Shown here in pieces: positions 45,339 to 55,818 of a stretch of 64,000 bases of DNA. Position 1 is the first letter of the stretch, and each line of letters opens with the position of its first letter. The position numbers and the translations under genes were made by a program. Origin of the DNA: Thermoplasmata archaeon (GTDB lineage: Archaea > Thermoplasmatota > Thermoplasmata > Lutacidiplasmatales > SKW197); assembly GCA_026414225.1 (NCBI GenBank), contig JAOAJK010000006.1, positions 4,005 to 68,004 on the forward strand, in the 5' to 3' direction. Below the pieces are notes generated by a model. The model was given only the letters and a program-made list of their open reading frames with translations. It was not told the origin of the DNA and searched no databases.

Positions 45339-46346
45339 ATGCCGTTCCAGTTGAACATTGAAAACCTGATGCATGGCACTGAGCTCGTGAAGAGAGGATT
45401 TGCTAGGATGCAGAAGGGTGGCGTGATAATGGATGTGACAAACGCAGAGCAGGCGAGAATTGCCGAGGAGGCAGGTGCAGTCGCAGTCATGGCTCTGGAA
45501 AGGGTGCCTGCAGACATAAGGGCAGAGGGAGGAGTTGCCAGAATGGCGGATGTGACGAAAATCCAGGAAATCATGGATGCGGTGAGCATCCCGGTGATGG
45601 CAAAATGCAGGATCGGGCACATTGCCGAGGCAAAAGCCCTGGAAGTAATTGGGGTGGATATGATCGATGAATCCGAGGTTCTTACCCCAGCGGACCCGTT
45701 TTACCATGTTGATAAGCGAAAATTCACAGTGCCTTTTGTGTGCGGGTGCAGGAACCTGGGCGAAGCGGTGAGACGCATCTGGGAGGGTGCAGCGATGATT
45801 CGCACCAAAGGCGAGGCAGGCACTGGCAATGTGATAGAGGCCGTGAGACACCAGAGGATGGTCATGGGAGCCATAAAGAAACTTGAAACCCTTGATGACA
45901 GTGAAATCAGGAAACTGGCCGTCAGCTATGCCCAGAGTTATGTCAAAGCCGCACTTGAGTGCTTTCCAGACCAGAAAGTTGAGGAGGACACCCCGGTATT
46001 CCACGAATCCACATATGGCGAGGTCGTGAATGGAATTTTTGAACTCTTAAAAGAAATAAAGAAGATCCAGCGTTTACCAGTTGTGAATTTTGCTGCGGGC
46101 GGCATCGCAACCCCTGCAGATGCCGCGTTGATGATGCTGCTTGGCTCCGACGGTGTTTTTGTTGGCTCAGGGATTTTCAAGTCAGAGAACCCTGCGAAGA
46201 GGGCGAGGGCAATAGTTGAGGCGGTAACCAGTTTTGACGACCCGAATGTGATTGCCCAGAATTCGAAGGCACTTGGAGAGGCGATGAAGGGGCTAGAAAT
46301 TTCTGGTTTGCCAGAAGAAAAAAGATTGCAGGAGAGGGGCTGGTAG
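45339..46346 (+). CDS. pdxS: Pyridoxal 5'-phosphate synthase lyase subunit PdxS
   Basis: PdxS/SNZ signature ([49 protein letters not shown]). Start set at the internal ATG at 45339. Confidence 0.9.
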   Translation: MPFQLNIENLMHGTELVKRGFARMQKGGVIMDVTNAEQARIAEEAGAVAVMALERVPADIRAEGGVARMADVTKIQEIMDAVSIPVMAKCRIGHIAEAKALEVIGVDMIDESEVLTPADPFYHVDKRKFTVPFVCGCRNLGEAVRRIWEGAAMIRTKGEAGTGNVIEAVRHQRMVMGAIKKLETLDDSEIRKLAVSYAQSYVKAALECFPDQKVEEDTPVFHESTYGEVVNGIFELLKEIKKIQRLPVVNFAAGGIATPADAALMMLLGSDGVFVGSGIFKSENPAKRARAIVEAVTSFDDPNVIAQNSKALGEAMKGLEISGLPEEKRLQERGW

Positions 46347-46350
46347 GGTT

Positions 46351-49300
46351 TTAGAGCGGAAGAGTTACATCTGTGGGCACATAGATCCAGTATCCCTTAC
46401 CTGACAGCAATGCAGTTGTCGGTGTCAGGGAATATGGCAACCCGGCATCAATGGTTTCAATAGTTGAGCCAGAGGGTAGAAGGGCAAGCAACTGTCCAGC
46501 AGTGATGCTCTTGTTGAGATTTATTCCTACCATGTTCCAGCCCTGCTTCAGATATAGCGTCGTGTTCGCGGTAACCTGAAACTCCGAAAGAGTTATTGCA
46601 CAATTGATTGTGACATTGATTGCAATCGCCATCGTGGAATTTATCGTAGTAAGGGTGTTTGTGGATTGCCAGGGCACATACTTGAGCCACTTGTTTGTTG
46701 AGGGCGAGAAGTACCACACGATGTTGTACTTTCCATTTATCTGGGTGAGGAGCTGGGCAAGGTCTTTCTCGCCTGAAACTGGTAATGTTATGAAGTTAAG
46801 CCCCTTCTTGAGCTGAACTGTGAACTGGCTGGCTTCAACAAAGAAGATTGTGGTCTTCTGGTTGTTGCCTGGAAACTCGTCGGTGCATGTGGTGACCTTG
46901 GCCACCACCTTGTAGGCAGAGGCGGTGAAGGGCATTGTGAAACCCTGGGTGACAGAGGAACCAGAAGCAATGCTGGGCAGCGAGAAATTCCTTGTTTCCA
47001 GGTAGGTTTCACCGCTCAATGTGATGGCGGTGATTGAGATATCGTCGATGTACCAGCCGTCGTAGTTCACAGAGTAGTCAGAGTACAGCCGGAACCTGAG
47101 TTTTATGCTCAGTCCTGCATAACCGGATAAATCAAAACTTGCCATTGTCCACGATGTCAGATTCCCTGTGTACTTTGCAAGGGTCTGCCATGTGCTTCCG
47201 TCGGTGCTTACCTCCACATATCCATAGTCATAGCCATTTTCTAGATTTCTCCTGTGCCAGAAGCTGAAATTTGCAACCACGGCGCCCGAAGGAATTGAAA
47301 TAAAACCGTTGTAGGTTGCCGAGATGTTAACGCTATTCTGGTAGTTACCTGAAGGTGAGTCGGTGAGAGCATATGTGCCAGTATGGGCTGTTGTGGTGAG
47401 CCCCCACGGCGACTGGAGCGTCCAGCTACCCGTGCCGCTTTCGAATGTCTCGTTCAGAAGCACATAGGTAGTGGCGGTGTAGGTGTAGACATCAAATGAA
47501 AGCTGGCTGCTTCCACAGGTCTGGAGCCCGTAGTTTCGGACGACCGCAGACACCTCCCCGACACCATAGGGCTGCGTGCTCAAGTTCGGGGGTGCGAGGT
47601 CCGCAATTCCAAGGTCGTGCTGCACATTCAGCCAGGTGAGAATTCTTCTCATAATTTCGCTCTTGTTTGTGGCTGTGTCGCTTCCCTCAAAGTACTCGCA
47701 CGCAAGGTAATAAACCCTGTAAATGCCCGTATCTACACGGAGGGCGGCACCCTGGGTAGTCCCTTGATAATAGAAGGAAACCGTTGCTGCACTATCCTTA
47801 GGTGCAATCACATCCGGATAACTGCCTGTAATCTGAATATTTGTAAACCCGTCGGAGACGGGGTCACCAGAGATTCCAGCCAGGCTGTTTATGTTAGCAT
47901 CGTCGGAAATATAGGAGGCATGCATGTAATTCTGGTAGAAACCATCCGAATCGGTGGCTATGTCATAGCCAATGTCTTCACCGCTAATAAATAGCCTCCC
48001 GCCACCGTTGAGGAAAGAGGAGAGGGCGGTTTTTTCATCCGTGCCCAGGGTAGTTGTCCCCTTGCAAATCCACAACACGGTCTGATAATTTGCAAGCATT
48101 GAAAGCGCATTTGAGGAGGTGAGGGTGTCGTAGGTAAGTCCGAGAGAATTGAGGACAGTGGTGTAGTAGGTGAGGTAGCTGCCAGAGGTATCATCGACAA
48201 GGAGCATCTGTGGCTTTACCTGTGTCTGGGTAAGGAGGCTCTTTATCCTCGAACTGTTGCCTTGAGAGGTTCCGATTACCGTGATGTTCGCCATCTCAAG
48301 CGGTTGTGCGTTTGATGGTGCAGTCACTGTGAGATTCACAATCCGGCTCTCGCCGGGGAGCAGAGTCACATTGTATGTAAGATTCTCATTCCTTACCTTG
48401 AAGGAGTAGAGTTGGTCCGGAGCATACTGTGGTGATGTGGATGTGGTGTTTGAGTTCTTCGCTTCAATATAATAATACACAGTTGTTCCCGGTGATTGTG
48501 CGGGAATTGTGCCTGTGTAGTTCCTGCCATCCGTGGTCGTCATCTGGACCTCGTAGAAACTCCCCGTGGTCTTCCAGTAAAGCTTAACTGCGGTGAGAGT
48601 AAGATTTGAGGTGATGGTGGCATTCACAGTGTATCCGTTAACGATGTCAGAAGTGTTCTGGAGTGGGGTATGCTGGATTGCTGGTGCTTCGAAGTAGAGG
48701 TCCCCCGCCCTCCAGATAGCATAGAGGGCTCCTTCAAGGTTGGACTGGCAGATCTGGGTTATTGCTGCTGCAGGTGGCTGGAAGCTCGTGCCGAGTTCAA
48801 TTGTGAACGAGAATGTGGGTTTGCCCCAGACATACTTTGAATACCCATAGGTCCAGTCGTCCGTGTCTCCTGTGGTGAGGTAGGAGTCGCCGCTCTGCAT
48901 GGGGTCATAGGTCCCGGTGCCTGATTGCGAGGTGATTCTTGAGGCGATGTCCTGGGCAATCTTCTTCTGGTAGGTAACATCCGGCGTTGTTACCACCGGA
49001 CTCCCGCCATGCTCGGGAGAATAGGCGTAGCCCCACGGATAGTAAACTACCTCACCATAACTGTGATAGGAAATTGAGATTGCAAGCTGGTTGTTTTGGT
49101 TGCGTAAACCAATAACAAAGTCCCGAATTGCCTGTGTCTCCGGCTCAGAGAATGCAGAAGGCCCGCAGTAGGTCTCGCTTGAGGTGGTGTGACTCGAACC
49201 CGCCCCGCCCCAGGCACCATTTGAATCGCCATTCTGCGAGCCATTGTAATTGCGGTTGAGATCAACACCGTAAGTTCCATCTCCATTGTTCCTCCTGTTT

Positions 49301-52300
49301 TTCCTCCAGTCGTGTCCAGCCTGGCAGTAAACCAGTCCATCCGGATTTACAACAGGAATTATGTAAATCTCCCTGTTGTTCACGAGGTAGGTCGCTCTGG
49401 GGTCAGTGTTGTAGTTCTCCACGAGGTACTGCGCAAGGTAGAGCGGCACTTCTGCAGAAATCCACTCCCTTGCATGATGCAAGCCGTAGAATGCAACATC
49501 CTGCTCGCCAGTTTCGTTCAGATTCACATTGTCAGAAATCTTGAGGCACCAGATGCTTCTTCCTTCCCAGGTTGTTCCAATACTGTAAACCTTTGCAATT
49601 GAGGAATAATTTGTGGCAATTCCCTGGAGGATTGTGGTGATTTCAGGGTATGTGTGGTAGCCATTTACAGTTCTCAGCTTCTGAATGCCGGGCATCTTGT
49701 TATCATTGAAATTTGCACTCCAGTTTGTCGGGTTATTTATTGTCAGCTGGATGGTGTCAGTAATTGTGCCAGTGTTTTTCACGGTGACTGGGTAGATATG
49801 GGAACCGCCTGCGGAAACGAAACTTGTGTTCTGCGCACAGGTGAGTTCGAAGTTGTAACCCAGAACGGTCATGCTGAGGTTACCTGTGTTGTTGAAATCT
49901 GTCAGCTCAGCAATCGCATTGAACGGGTCAGCAACCACATAGATTGTTCTTACACCCGCATACCCGGTCGTATCAAATCCCGTGCTTGCAATCTTGCTGC
50001 TCCCAGCTGCAATGTCCCCGACATTCACGACTGCAAAGGGTGTGCCCGCAACAGAGTCCAGATAAAAGCCCACATTCACGCCGTTTGCACTCCAGTTCGT
50101 GCCCACATTCGCGATTGTTGCGTTGATACTGATTGTCTGCCCTTCTGGTGGGCTTGCGTTGGATACTGAAATTGAAGTCACTGTGAGGTCTGGAAGATTC
50201 GGGTTTGTTGATACGGTGATATTTACACTGGCAAAGAGTGAATAGTCCTTCCCATCATAGCTCCTTGCGAAAATTCTGTGCACGCCCGGCTCAAGCTTGC
50301 TGGCATCAAGCGCATAACTCCAAGAGTTTGTGCCCGTGGCATTCTTCCAGTCCTCCCTGTCAACCTTTACCTGCACATACTGGACTGTGCCACTATCTCC
50401 GCTATCATCTGCCGTTCCTGTCACGGTGGTTATTCCGGTCTGATAAACTACGCTGCCCTCGGCTGGTGAGGTAATGCTGACATGTGGCTCCACATTTGGA
50501 ACATTAGTGCCTGCAATAAATGCCTTCAAAAATTCATCCCACGAGGTTTCTTGCGGATACATCATCGTGTCAAATTCTGTGCTGTAGGAGGTGCTGATGT
50601 AGCACTTCAGCCCGTGAGCATTCGGAGTGTAGGAATTGTGGCCTTCCCACATCACAGCTTTGGAGGGGTTGGGTGTGAGGGCATCTCTCAATGCGACGGC
50701 CGCAGCGTAAATTTCCGGGTCGCTAGTTTGTGGAATCTGTCCTATGAGCAAATCCACAAAGTGATAGAAATCCCTGTCAAACCCATAGTAGGATGCCTGG
50801 AATGCCTGGGCCTTACTCCTTGCATACTCAATCTGGCTCTTGAAATCGCCAGCACGGTGCCTTAATTTCTGGGCTAAATTGTTGGCAAGGGGCACGACCT
50901 CGTAGTCAAATAGCGTGTTGTTTATTACACTCAATGTATCAAGCTGGCTCGTCGCATAATAGCGCACATATTCATCCCACGCATGATATGCAAAATCTTC
51001 CACACTCATGTTTGGGTAGTCTTTTGGCCATTTGAAAATCTTGTCGTATGGCCACCCATCTCCAGCAATACTATCCTCTGAGTTTATCGTATAGTTTGTG
51101 AACGCTTTTGCTTGGTATGTCACCGCTTCAGAGGCCATAAGGCACTCATCGCCTGTCCAGATATCCCAGAGAACCTTTCTGCCCGTAAGGTTCCGCAGCA
51201 TGTCCAGCTCCTGGCGGAACTCGGACATCTCCTGGTTGTCTCCGTTTGTGTCGTCCCAGCACTGCCCAGTCCATGAGCCACCATGGTCCCAGAAATCAAA
51301 TAGCGTGTATTTTGCCGGGAAATTTGTAAACACAAACTTTGCAAAGTCCACAACAGTGCTTACAGCCCCCATGTTGAGCTCGTTACCCCATGAGGAGTTA
51401 ACCTGGCTCAGAGGAATTGTTGGTGATGTGATGGTTCCCGTGTTGCTATCCTGCACCACATAGTAAAGGCAGGAATCTCCATTGCTGGCGCCATCGAAGA
51501 GCACCACAATATTCATCCAGTCCTGCGAGCCCACCGTTTCCATCTCATTCACATCATCTCTCCCGTAGCTTGCAAGGTTGTTATCTCCATCAAGGAAAAC
51601 CACTAGCGTCCAGTTCTTCAGAGGAAGGGGTAACGGAGGTACAGGTTTTTCATCACCCAGTTTCTGTGGCTTCGCTGCAGGTTTGAGAGTAATTTCGCCA
51701 TTGTCTATTTTTCCGCATGCGTTCAGAATGTGGTCACCCCTGTCCTCCTGCCAGTTCAGCAGCAGCCCGTAGTTGGCACTGAAGGAAAGGTTGGTGGGCA
51801 GAAACTCGGTTTCCCAGAATCTTATCTCTTCCCACAGTTTCTTGTCTTTACTCTGGTATATGTGGACACCCTTCCCGAGATGGTTTTTCCCGCTCACACT
51901 CGCATATAAAACCCCGTTGTAGAACGCGAGGGAGACATTTCTTCCCTGAATTTCAAGCGGAAACAGCAACGGCTGGCAACCCTCATCAATCAGGGTAAGC
52001 CAAACTTCTCCGAGGTCCCCGATGGTCGCAGCTACCAGTTTGCCGTCCGCAGAGAGAAATGCGGGCCTGGAATACCCAAGAAATTCCGGTTTTGTGAAAT
52101 CCTTTCCCTCAAACCATGTAATGTAGGACTTGACGCTCCGGCTCGTTGCATCTTCCCAGACAAAGCCGATTCTGCCAGGCAGATGCACAGGATGCAGGGA
52201 AATCACATTTTCTGCGTAGCGGTAATCAAACACGCGCTCATCAATCTGATACTTTATTTCACCCGCCTCAATCCACACTTTCACACGGGCGTCACTCTCA

Positions 52301-52434
52301 ACGAATGAGAGTTTCTGGGTAGGTTCATAACTTGCCGACACAAAAATGGAATCACTTCCCGCGTTGTGTGGGTAGAGCGGGAGAAGCAGTCCACAGAGCA
52401 CAAGGGTAGCCAAGGATCTACATTTGCGATTCAT
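46351..52434 (-). CDS. Giant (2027 aa) secreted multidomain peptidase: C11 clostripain-like cysteine peptidase + CARDB + M14 zinc carboxypeptidase + lectin/MAM-like C-terminal modules
   Basis: Signal peptide. C11 block (VVFLDGDNNLA; His in FDFWDHGGSW; Cys in WTGDECLMAS). CARDB unit (PDLTVTSISVSNASPPEGQ…). M14 motifs HHAREW, NPDG…WRKNRR and SYHSYGEVVYYPWGY. C-terminal W-YIDDISI module and many NxS/T sequons. Confidence 0.85.
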   Translation of the reverse strand: MNRKCRSLATLVLCGLLLPLYPHNAGSDSIFVSASYEPTQKLSFVESDARVKVWIEAGEIKYQIDERVFDYRYAENVISLHPVHLPGRIGFVWEDATSRSVKSYITWFEGKDFTKPEFLGYSRPAFLSADGKLVAATIGDLGEVWLTLIDEGCQPLLFPLEIQGRNVSLAFYNGVLYASVSGKNHLGKGVHIYQSKDKKLWEEIRFWETEFLPTNLSFSANYGLLLNWQEDRGDHILNACGKIDNGEITLKPAAKPQKLGDEKPVPPLPLPLKNWTLVVFLDGDNNLASYGRDDVNEMETVGSQDWMNIVVLFDGASNGDSCLYYVVQDSNTGTITSPTIPLSQVNSSWGNELNMGAVSTVVDFAKFVFTNFPAKYTLFDFWDHGGSWTGQCWDDTNGDNQEMSEFRQELDMLRNLTGRKVLWDIWTGDECLMASEAVTYQAKAFTNYTINSEDSIAGDGWPYDKIFKWPKDYPNMSVEDFAYHAWDEYVRYYATSQLDTLSVINNTLFDYEVVPLANNLAQKLRHRAGDFKSQIEYARSKAQAFQASYYGFDRDFYHFVDLLIGQIPQTSDPEIYAAAVALRDALTPNPSKAVMWEGHNSYTPNAHGLKCYISTSYSTEFDTMMYPQETSWDEFLKAFIAGTNVPNVEPHVSITSPAEGSVVYQTGITTVTGTADDSGDSGTVQYVQVKVDREDWKNATGTNSWSYALDASKLEPGVHRIFARSYDGKDYSLFASVNITVSTNPNLPDLTVTSISVSNASPPEGQTISINATIANVGTNWSANGVNVGFYLDSVAGTPFAVVNVGDIAAGSSKIASTGFDTTGYAGVRTIYVVADPFNAIAELTDFNNTGNLSMTVLGYNFELTCAQNTSFVSAGGSHIYPVTVKNTGTITDTIQLTINNPTNWSANFNDNKMPGIQKLRTVNGYHTYPEITTILQGIATNYSSIAKVYSIGTTWEGRSIWCLKISDNVNLNETGEQDVAFYGLHHAREWISAEVPLYLAQYLVENYNTDPRATYLVNNREIYIIPVVNPDGLVYCQAGHDWRKNRRNNGDGTYGVDLNRNYNGSQNGDSNGAWGGAGSSHTTSSETYCGPSAFSEPETQAIRDFVIGLRNQNNQLAISISYHSYGEVVYYPWGYAYSPEHGGSPVVTTPDVTYQKKIAQDIASRITSQSGTGTYDPMQSGDSYLTTGDTDDWTYGYSKYVWGKPTFSFTIELGTSFQPPAAAITQICQSNLEGALYAIWRAGDLYFEAPAIQHTPLQNTSDIVNGYTVNATITSNLTLTAVKLYWKTTGSFYEVQMTTTDGRNYTGTIPAQSPGTTVYYYIEAKNSNTTSTSPQYAPDQLYSFKVRNENLTYNVTLLPGESRIVNLTVTAPSNAQPLEMANITVIGTSQGNSSRIKSLLTQTQVKPQMLLVDDTSGSYLTYYTTVLNSLGLTYDTLTSSNALSMLANYQTVLWICKGTTTLGTDEKTALSSFLNGGGRLFISGEDIGYDIATDSDGFYQNYMHASYISDDANINSLAGISGDPVSDGFTNIQITGSYPDVIAPKDSAATVSFYYQGTTQGAALRVDTGIYRVYYLACEYFEGSDTATNKSEIMRRILTWLNVQHDLGIADLAPPNLSTQPYGVGEVSAVVRNYGLQTCGSSQLSFDVYTYTATTYVLLNETFESGTGSWTLQSPWGLTTTAHTGTYALTDSPSGNYQNSVNISATYNGFISIPSGAVVANFSFWHRRNLENGYDYGYVEVSTDGSTWQTLAKYTGNLTSWTMASFDLSGYAGLSIKLRFRLYSDYSVNYDGWYIDDISITAITLSGETYLETRNFSLPSIASGSSVTQGFTMPFTASAYKVVAKVTTCTDEFPGNNQKTTIFFVEASQFTVQLKKGLNFITLPVSGEKDLAQLLTQINGKYNIVWYFSPSTNKWLKYVPWQSTNTLTTINSTMAIAINVTINCAITLSEFQVTANTTLYLKQGWNMVGINLNKSITAGQLLALLPSGSTIETIDAGLPYSLTPTTALLSGKGYWIYVPTDVTLPL

Positions 52435-52476
52435 AAAGGTCTATTGTTATCTTCCTATATATTACTAACGGCGAAT

Positions 52477-53901
52477 TCAATTCGGGAAGAGGAACACATG
52501 TAACAAAATCGTGAGGAGCATGGCGATAAATGTCTGGGTGATTGCAACAATTACACCCGGTTTCAGCCATTGCCAGAATGTAATTGTTAAATCTCTTTCT
52601 TTTTGCACTTTACCTACCGCGATTACATTGGCAGAACTTCCGATAATTGTCAGGTTGCCCATGTAGCAGGACCCAAACAGAATTGCCCACCAGAGTGGAA
52701 ATGTCTCTGTTGGAAGGGTGCTCACGACACTAGCCAGGGTTGCAACAGCCAGTACATTATCCATCACAGCGGAAAGTAAACCAGAAAGCCAGATAAAAAC
52801 GATGATGCTCTTGGCCATGTCTCCGCCCGTTACCTGAACTATTGCTTCACCGATTTTCCCTGTAATGTTTGTGTAAGCCAGAGCTCCTACCGAGGCGAAA
52901 AAGAATATGAAAAATACCAGTGTTGGCCACTCAATTCTTTTTTCAATCACCTCTATTGAATTCCCTCGCCATTGTATGAGGGAGATAGCCGCTGCGAAAA
53001 TTGGAACGCCAAGAAGGAGGGAATTTGGCTGGAGATGAAGGAGTTCTTCAAGCGGGTGATGGAGCATCAATCCAAAAATCGTGAGGAGAAAAACTCCAAG
53101 GGGTGCCCACATTTCCCTATGCACTAAAAATTTTTTGTAAAAATCACTTGCCTTCCTGAGCTTTTTTGTTGTAATGTGATCCATTCTCATCCTTCTATCA
53201 AGATCACGGATCTCTTTCCGGTAGTAGGTGAGGAGAATCCCGATGGTAATCATGAGTACCAATAATCCAGTGGGGAGAGACCATTTCAGAAAATCAATGA
53301 AACTCAGGTTTCCTTCAAATGCGATCATTACTCCTACAGGATTTCCCACCACTGTGAAGGTACTTCCAACATTGGTCGCAAATACAACAGAAAGGATGTA
53401 AGGGACTGGTGAAACATTGTATTTCTTTGTGACTTTGAGAACCATGGTTGTCATAAACAGGATTGAAGTGACCTCATCCACAATGGCCGCGGAGAGGGCA
53501 GATAGCAGCAGCAATCCCACGAAAAACATTTTTGCGTTTTTTCCAAATTTGCTCAGAAAAAGGGAGAGCACCACTTCAAAAAACCCTTTCTCCTCCAAAA
53601 ATGCAACTACAATCATCATTCCGATAAGGAAGGCAATTACATTGAATTTTGCATACTTGATAAATGCGTCTATGCTCATGATGTTCAGGAAAAACATAAT
53701 GCCTATTGTTAGGAGAAGAATCGGAATCCTGTGCTGCCAGAAAATTACGACACTCGCGAGCATCGTGAAGAAAAGAATGAAGGTGATGCCCATTACAGGG
53801 TTTTCTGGTTTGAGAAAACCAAAGTAAACTGATAAAATGGTAACTATGATCAGGATGTCTGCGAATGCAATGATTTTCAGGTGCTCAATGTTGCGGTGCA
53901 T
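52477..53901 (-). CDS. ArsB/NhaD-superfamily anion permease (citrate-transporter-like)
   Basis: About 12 TM helices in a two-repeat architecture with a central hydrophilic loop, typical of the CitMHS/ArsB/NhaD fold. Confidence 0.65.
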   Translation of the reverse strand: MHRNIEHLKIIAFADILIIVTILSVYFGFLKPENPVMGITFILFFTMLASVVIFWQHRIPILLLTIGIMFFLNIMSIDAFIKYAKFNVIAFLIGMMIVVAFLEEKGFFEVVLSLFLSKFGKNAKMFFVGLLLLSALSAAIVDEVTSILFMTTMVLKVTKKYNVSPVPYILSVVFATNVGSTFTVVGNPVGVMIAFEGNLSFIDFLKWSLPTGLLVLMITIGILLTYYRKEIRDLDRRMRMDHITTKKLRKASDFYKKFLVHREMWAPLGVFLLTIFGLMLHHPLEELLHLQPNSLLLGVPIFAAAISLIQWRGNSIEVIEKRIEWPTLVFFIFFFASVGALAYTNITGKIGEAIVQVTGGDMAKSIIVFIWLSGLLSAVMDNVLAVATLASVVSTLPTETFPLWWAILFGSCYMGNLTIIGSSANVIAVGKVQKERDLTITFWQWLKPGVIVAITQTFIAMLLTILLHVFLFPN

Positions 53902-53939
53902 TTGTCACGGCAATAATGTGGGCTTATAAGAGCATTTTG

Positions 53940-54716
53940 TTACCCTGAGCGTTTTAAATCTTCAATCAAATTCACGAGACCTGCAATCATTGCTTCCCAC
54001 ATCTCCTTCCCCTTCTCCTTGCTTGCCTTCTCCGGGTTGCCCAGCACGCCGTTGCTTGAAACCATATCCATGAAGGGGAAATAGTGGGCTCTCTCCGCAG
54101 CGCTGAACTCAAGATATCTAGATGGGAATATAATTTCCCCTTCCTTTGCCTTTTCAAGTTGCACCAGATCGCCACGATTGTAGAGAGATGTAGAGGTTTC
54201 ATATTCTCCAGCATGCACATCGTTTCTGCCTGTGAACAATCTTTTCCTTGTCCCTTCCGCGAGCCCACCATTGTCCAGCACAAATAAAACTTCCTCGTAT
54301 TGATGGCTCAGCGTCTGGAGGGCACAACCGAGGGCGTGGGCATTGCCACCGTGGCCGTTAACCACGACGATTTTTTTAGCTCCATGTCTCACAAGCGAGG
54401 TGCATATGTCCACAATCACGGTAATTAGCGTCTCTGGCATCAATGTGATTGTGCCTTTGTAATGCATGTGATGGAGCGATACCCCATAATAAACTGGTGG
54501 AAGGACTACCGGCTTTGGGTCGGAGCATCGCATCGCTGCTTCAATGCACGCATAGTTTGCATCAAATGCATCTGTATCCAGAGGTAAATGCGGTCCATGT
54601 TGCTCCACGCTGCCCACTGGAAGCAGAAACACGGTATCGGGTGTAAATCTCTTACTGGCTTCCTCCCTTGTCATCTCCCCGAGCAGTATCTTCATATCCA
54701 TCCTCCTCTTCTTCAA
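53940..54716 (-). CDS. Creatininase-family amidohydrolase (ArfB-like)
   Basis: Creatininase-fold motifs (LLPVGSVEQHGPHLPLDTD; GHGGN; HAGEYETS). The start may be the internal ATG at 54701/54695 to reduce overlap with the upstream TPR gene. Confidence 0.7.
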   Translation of the reverse strand: MKKRRMDMKILLGEMTREEASKRFTPDTVFLLPVGSVEQHGPHLPLDTDAFDANYACIEAAMRCSDPKPVVLPPVYYGVSLHHMHYKGTITLMPETLITVIVDICTSLVRHGAKKIVVVNGHGGNAHALGCALQTLSHQYEEVLFVLDNGGLAEGTRKRLFTGRNDVHAGEYETSTSLYNRGDLVQLEKAKEGEIIFPSRYLEFSAAERAHYFPFMDMVSSNGVLGNPEKASKEKGKEMWEAMIAGLVNLIEDLKRSG

Positions 54717-55818
54717 AACTTTCCCTTAGTTCCTCCGATTTTTTGGCCCATGCCTCGCACTCAACAAGGGAATTTCTCTGGAAATAGATATAAGCAATTC
54801 GGTCACACAGATCCGCAGCCAAATCTGGAAACTTTTCTTTCATTTTCTCATATCCTTCTTTCAACACTTCAATCTCCTTCTCCCCCTGTTCCATTTTTGC
54901 ATAGTTGTCAGCTATCAGAAAGTATATTTCGAGAAGGACATCAGGATCCGGCTCCCATTCTATACTTTCAAGTCTCTCCCAGTTTTCAATAATTTTCCGT
55001 GCTTTTCCAATGCTCTCCTCATACCTGCCCTTTTTCATATCAATTTTTGCATCTGCAAGTGAGAGTGTCAGGAGGGGATCTATGTGGAGAAAGTGCCTGC
55101 AGAGTTCAACCCCTTCGTTCACAACTTTCTCGGCCTTTGTTATGTTGCCCGCTTCTACGTACAAATTTGCAAGTGTACCATATGCTCCACTTAGAGTCAC
55201 CTCTCTTCCTAAATTTTTCTCAATCTCAATTTTTCTGTTCAAAAGTTCAATTGCTTTTCCAAAATGCCCTCTTTCAATGGCACAGGTTACCATCGTTTTC
55301 AATGCATCTCCAATGATTCGAGGGTCGTCTCTTTTTTCCCCAAAATGCAGAAATTCTTCGCTCAATTTGTATGCCCTTTCAAAGTATCCAAAGATCATGC
55401 AGATGTCTATGGACTGTCTATAACCCTTATCCACGATATTCCAGCACTTTCGATCCATCCCAATCCGGATTATCCTTCTGTTAGTGGTAAGTAAATCGTT
55501 AATCTCCTCCTCTCCCATACATTCTACACCTTCGTACGCAAATGCTTCAAAATCAAGCAGCACATTAATAGTCTCATAGGGCCAGTCATCCCTCACCATG
55601 TTGGCAAGAATCTTTCTGTTGATCCCAAGGTCCTTTAAGTTCGTGTCTAAATCTATCAATGGAAAAATGTATCCTTTTTTCTCCATCTCGCCCTGTATTT
55701 TTTTCAACTCCTCCTCTTTCTTCTCAGCCTCCTCTTTCTTCCCATCTTTCCAAAGATCATCGACCTCCTTACTCAGGGCTCTTAGTTTGGTGAATGCCTC
55801 CAGCCGTTCAATCAGCAT
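54652..55818 (-). CDS. TPR-repeat protein
   Basis: Multiple 34-aa TPR-like helical repeats and an acidic C-terminal tail (EEEEDGYEDTARGDDKGG). Co-directional with pfk and the e2b2-like gene, and overlaps them. Confidence 0.6.
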   Translation of the reverse strand: MLIERLEAFTKLRALSKEVDDLWKDGKKEEAEKKEEELKKIQGEMEKKGYIFPLIDLDTNLKDLGINRKILANMVRDDWPYETINVLLDFEAFAYEGVECMGEEEINDLLTTNRRIIRIGMDRKCWNIVDKGYRQSIDICMIFGYFERAYKLSEEFLHFGEKRDDPRIIGDALKTMVTCAIERGHFGKAIELLNRKIEIEKNLGREVTLSGAYGTLANLYVEAGNITKAEKVVNEGVELCRHFLHIDPLLTLSLADAKIDMKKGRYEESIGKARKIIENWERLESIEWEPDPDVLLEIYFLIADNYAKMEQGEKEIEVLKEGYEKMKEKFPDLAADLCDRIAYIYFQRNSLVECEAWAKKSEELRESFEEEEDGYEDTARGDDKGGSQ

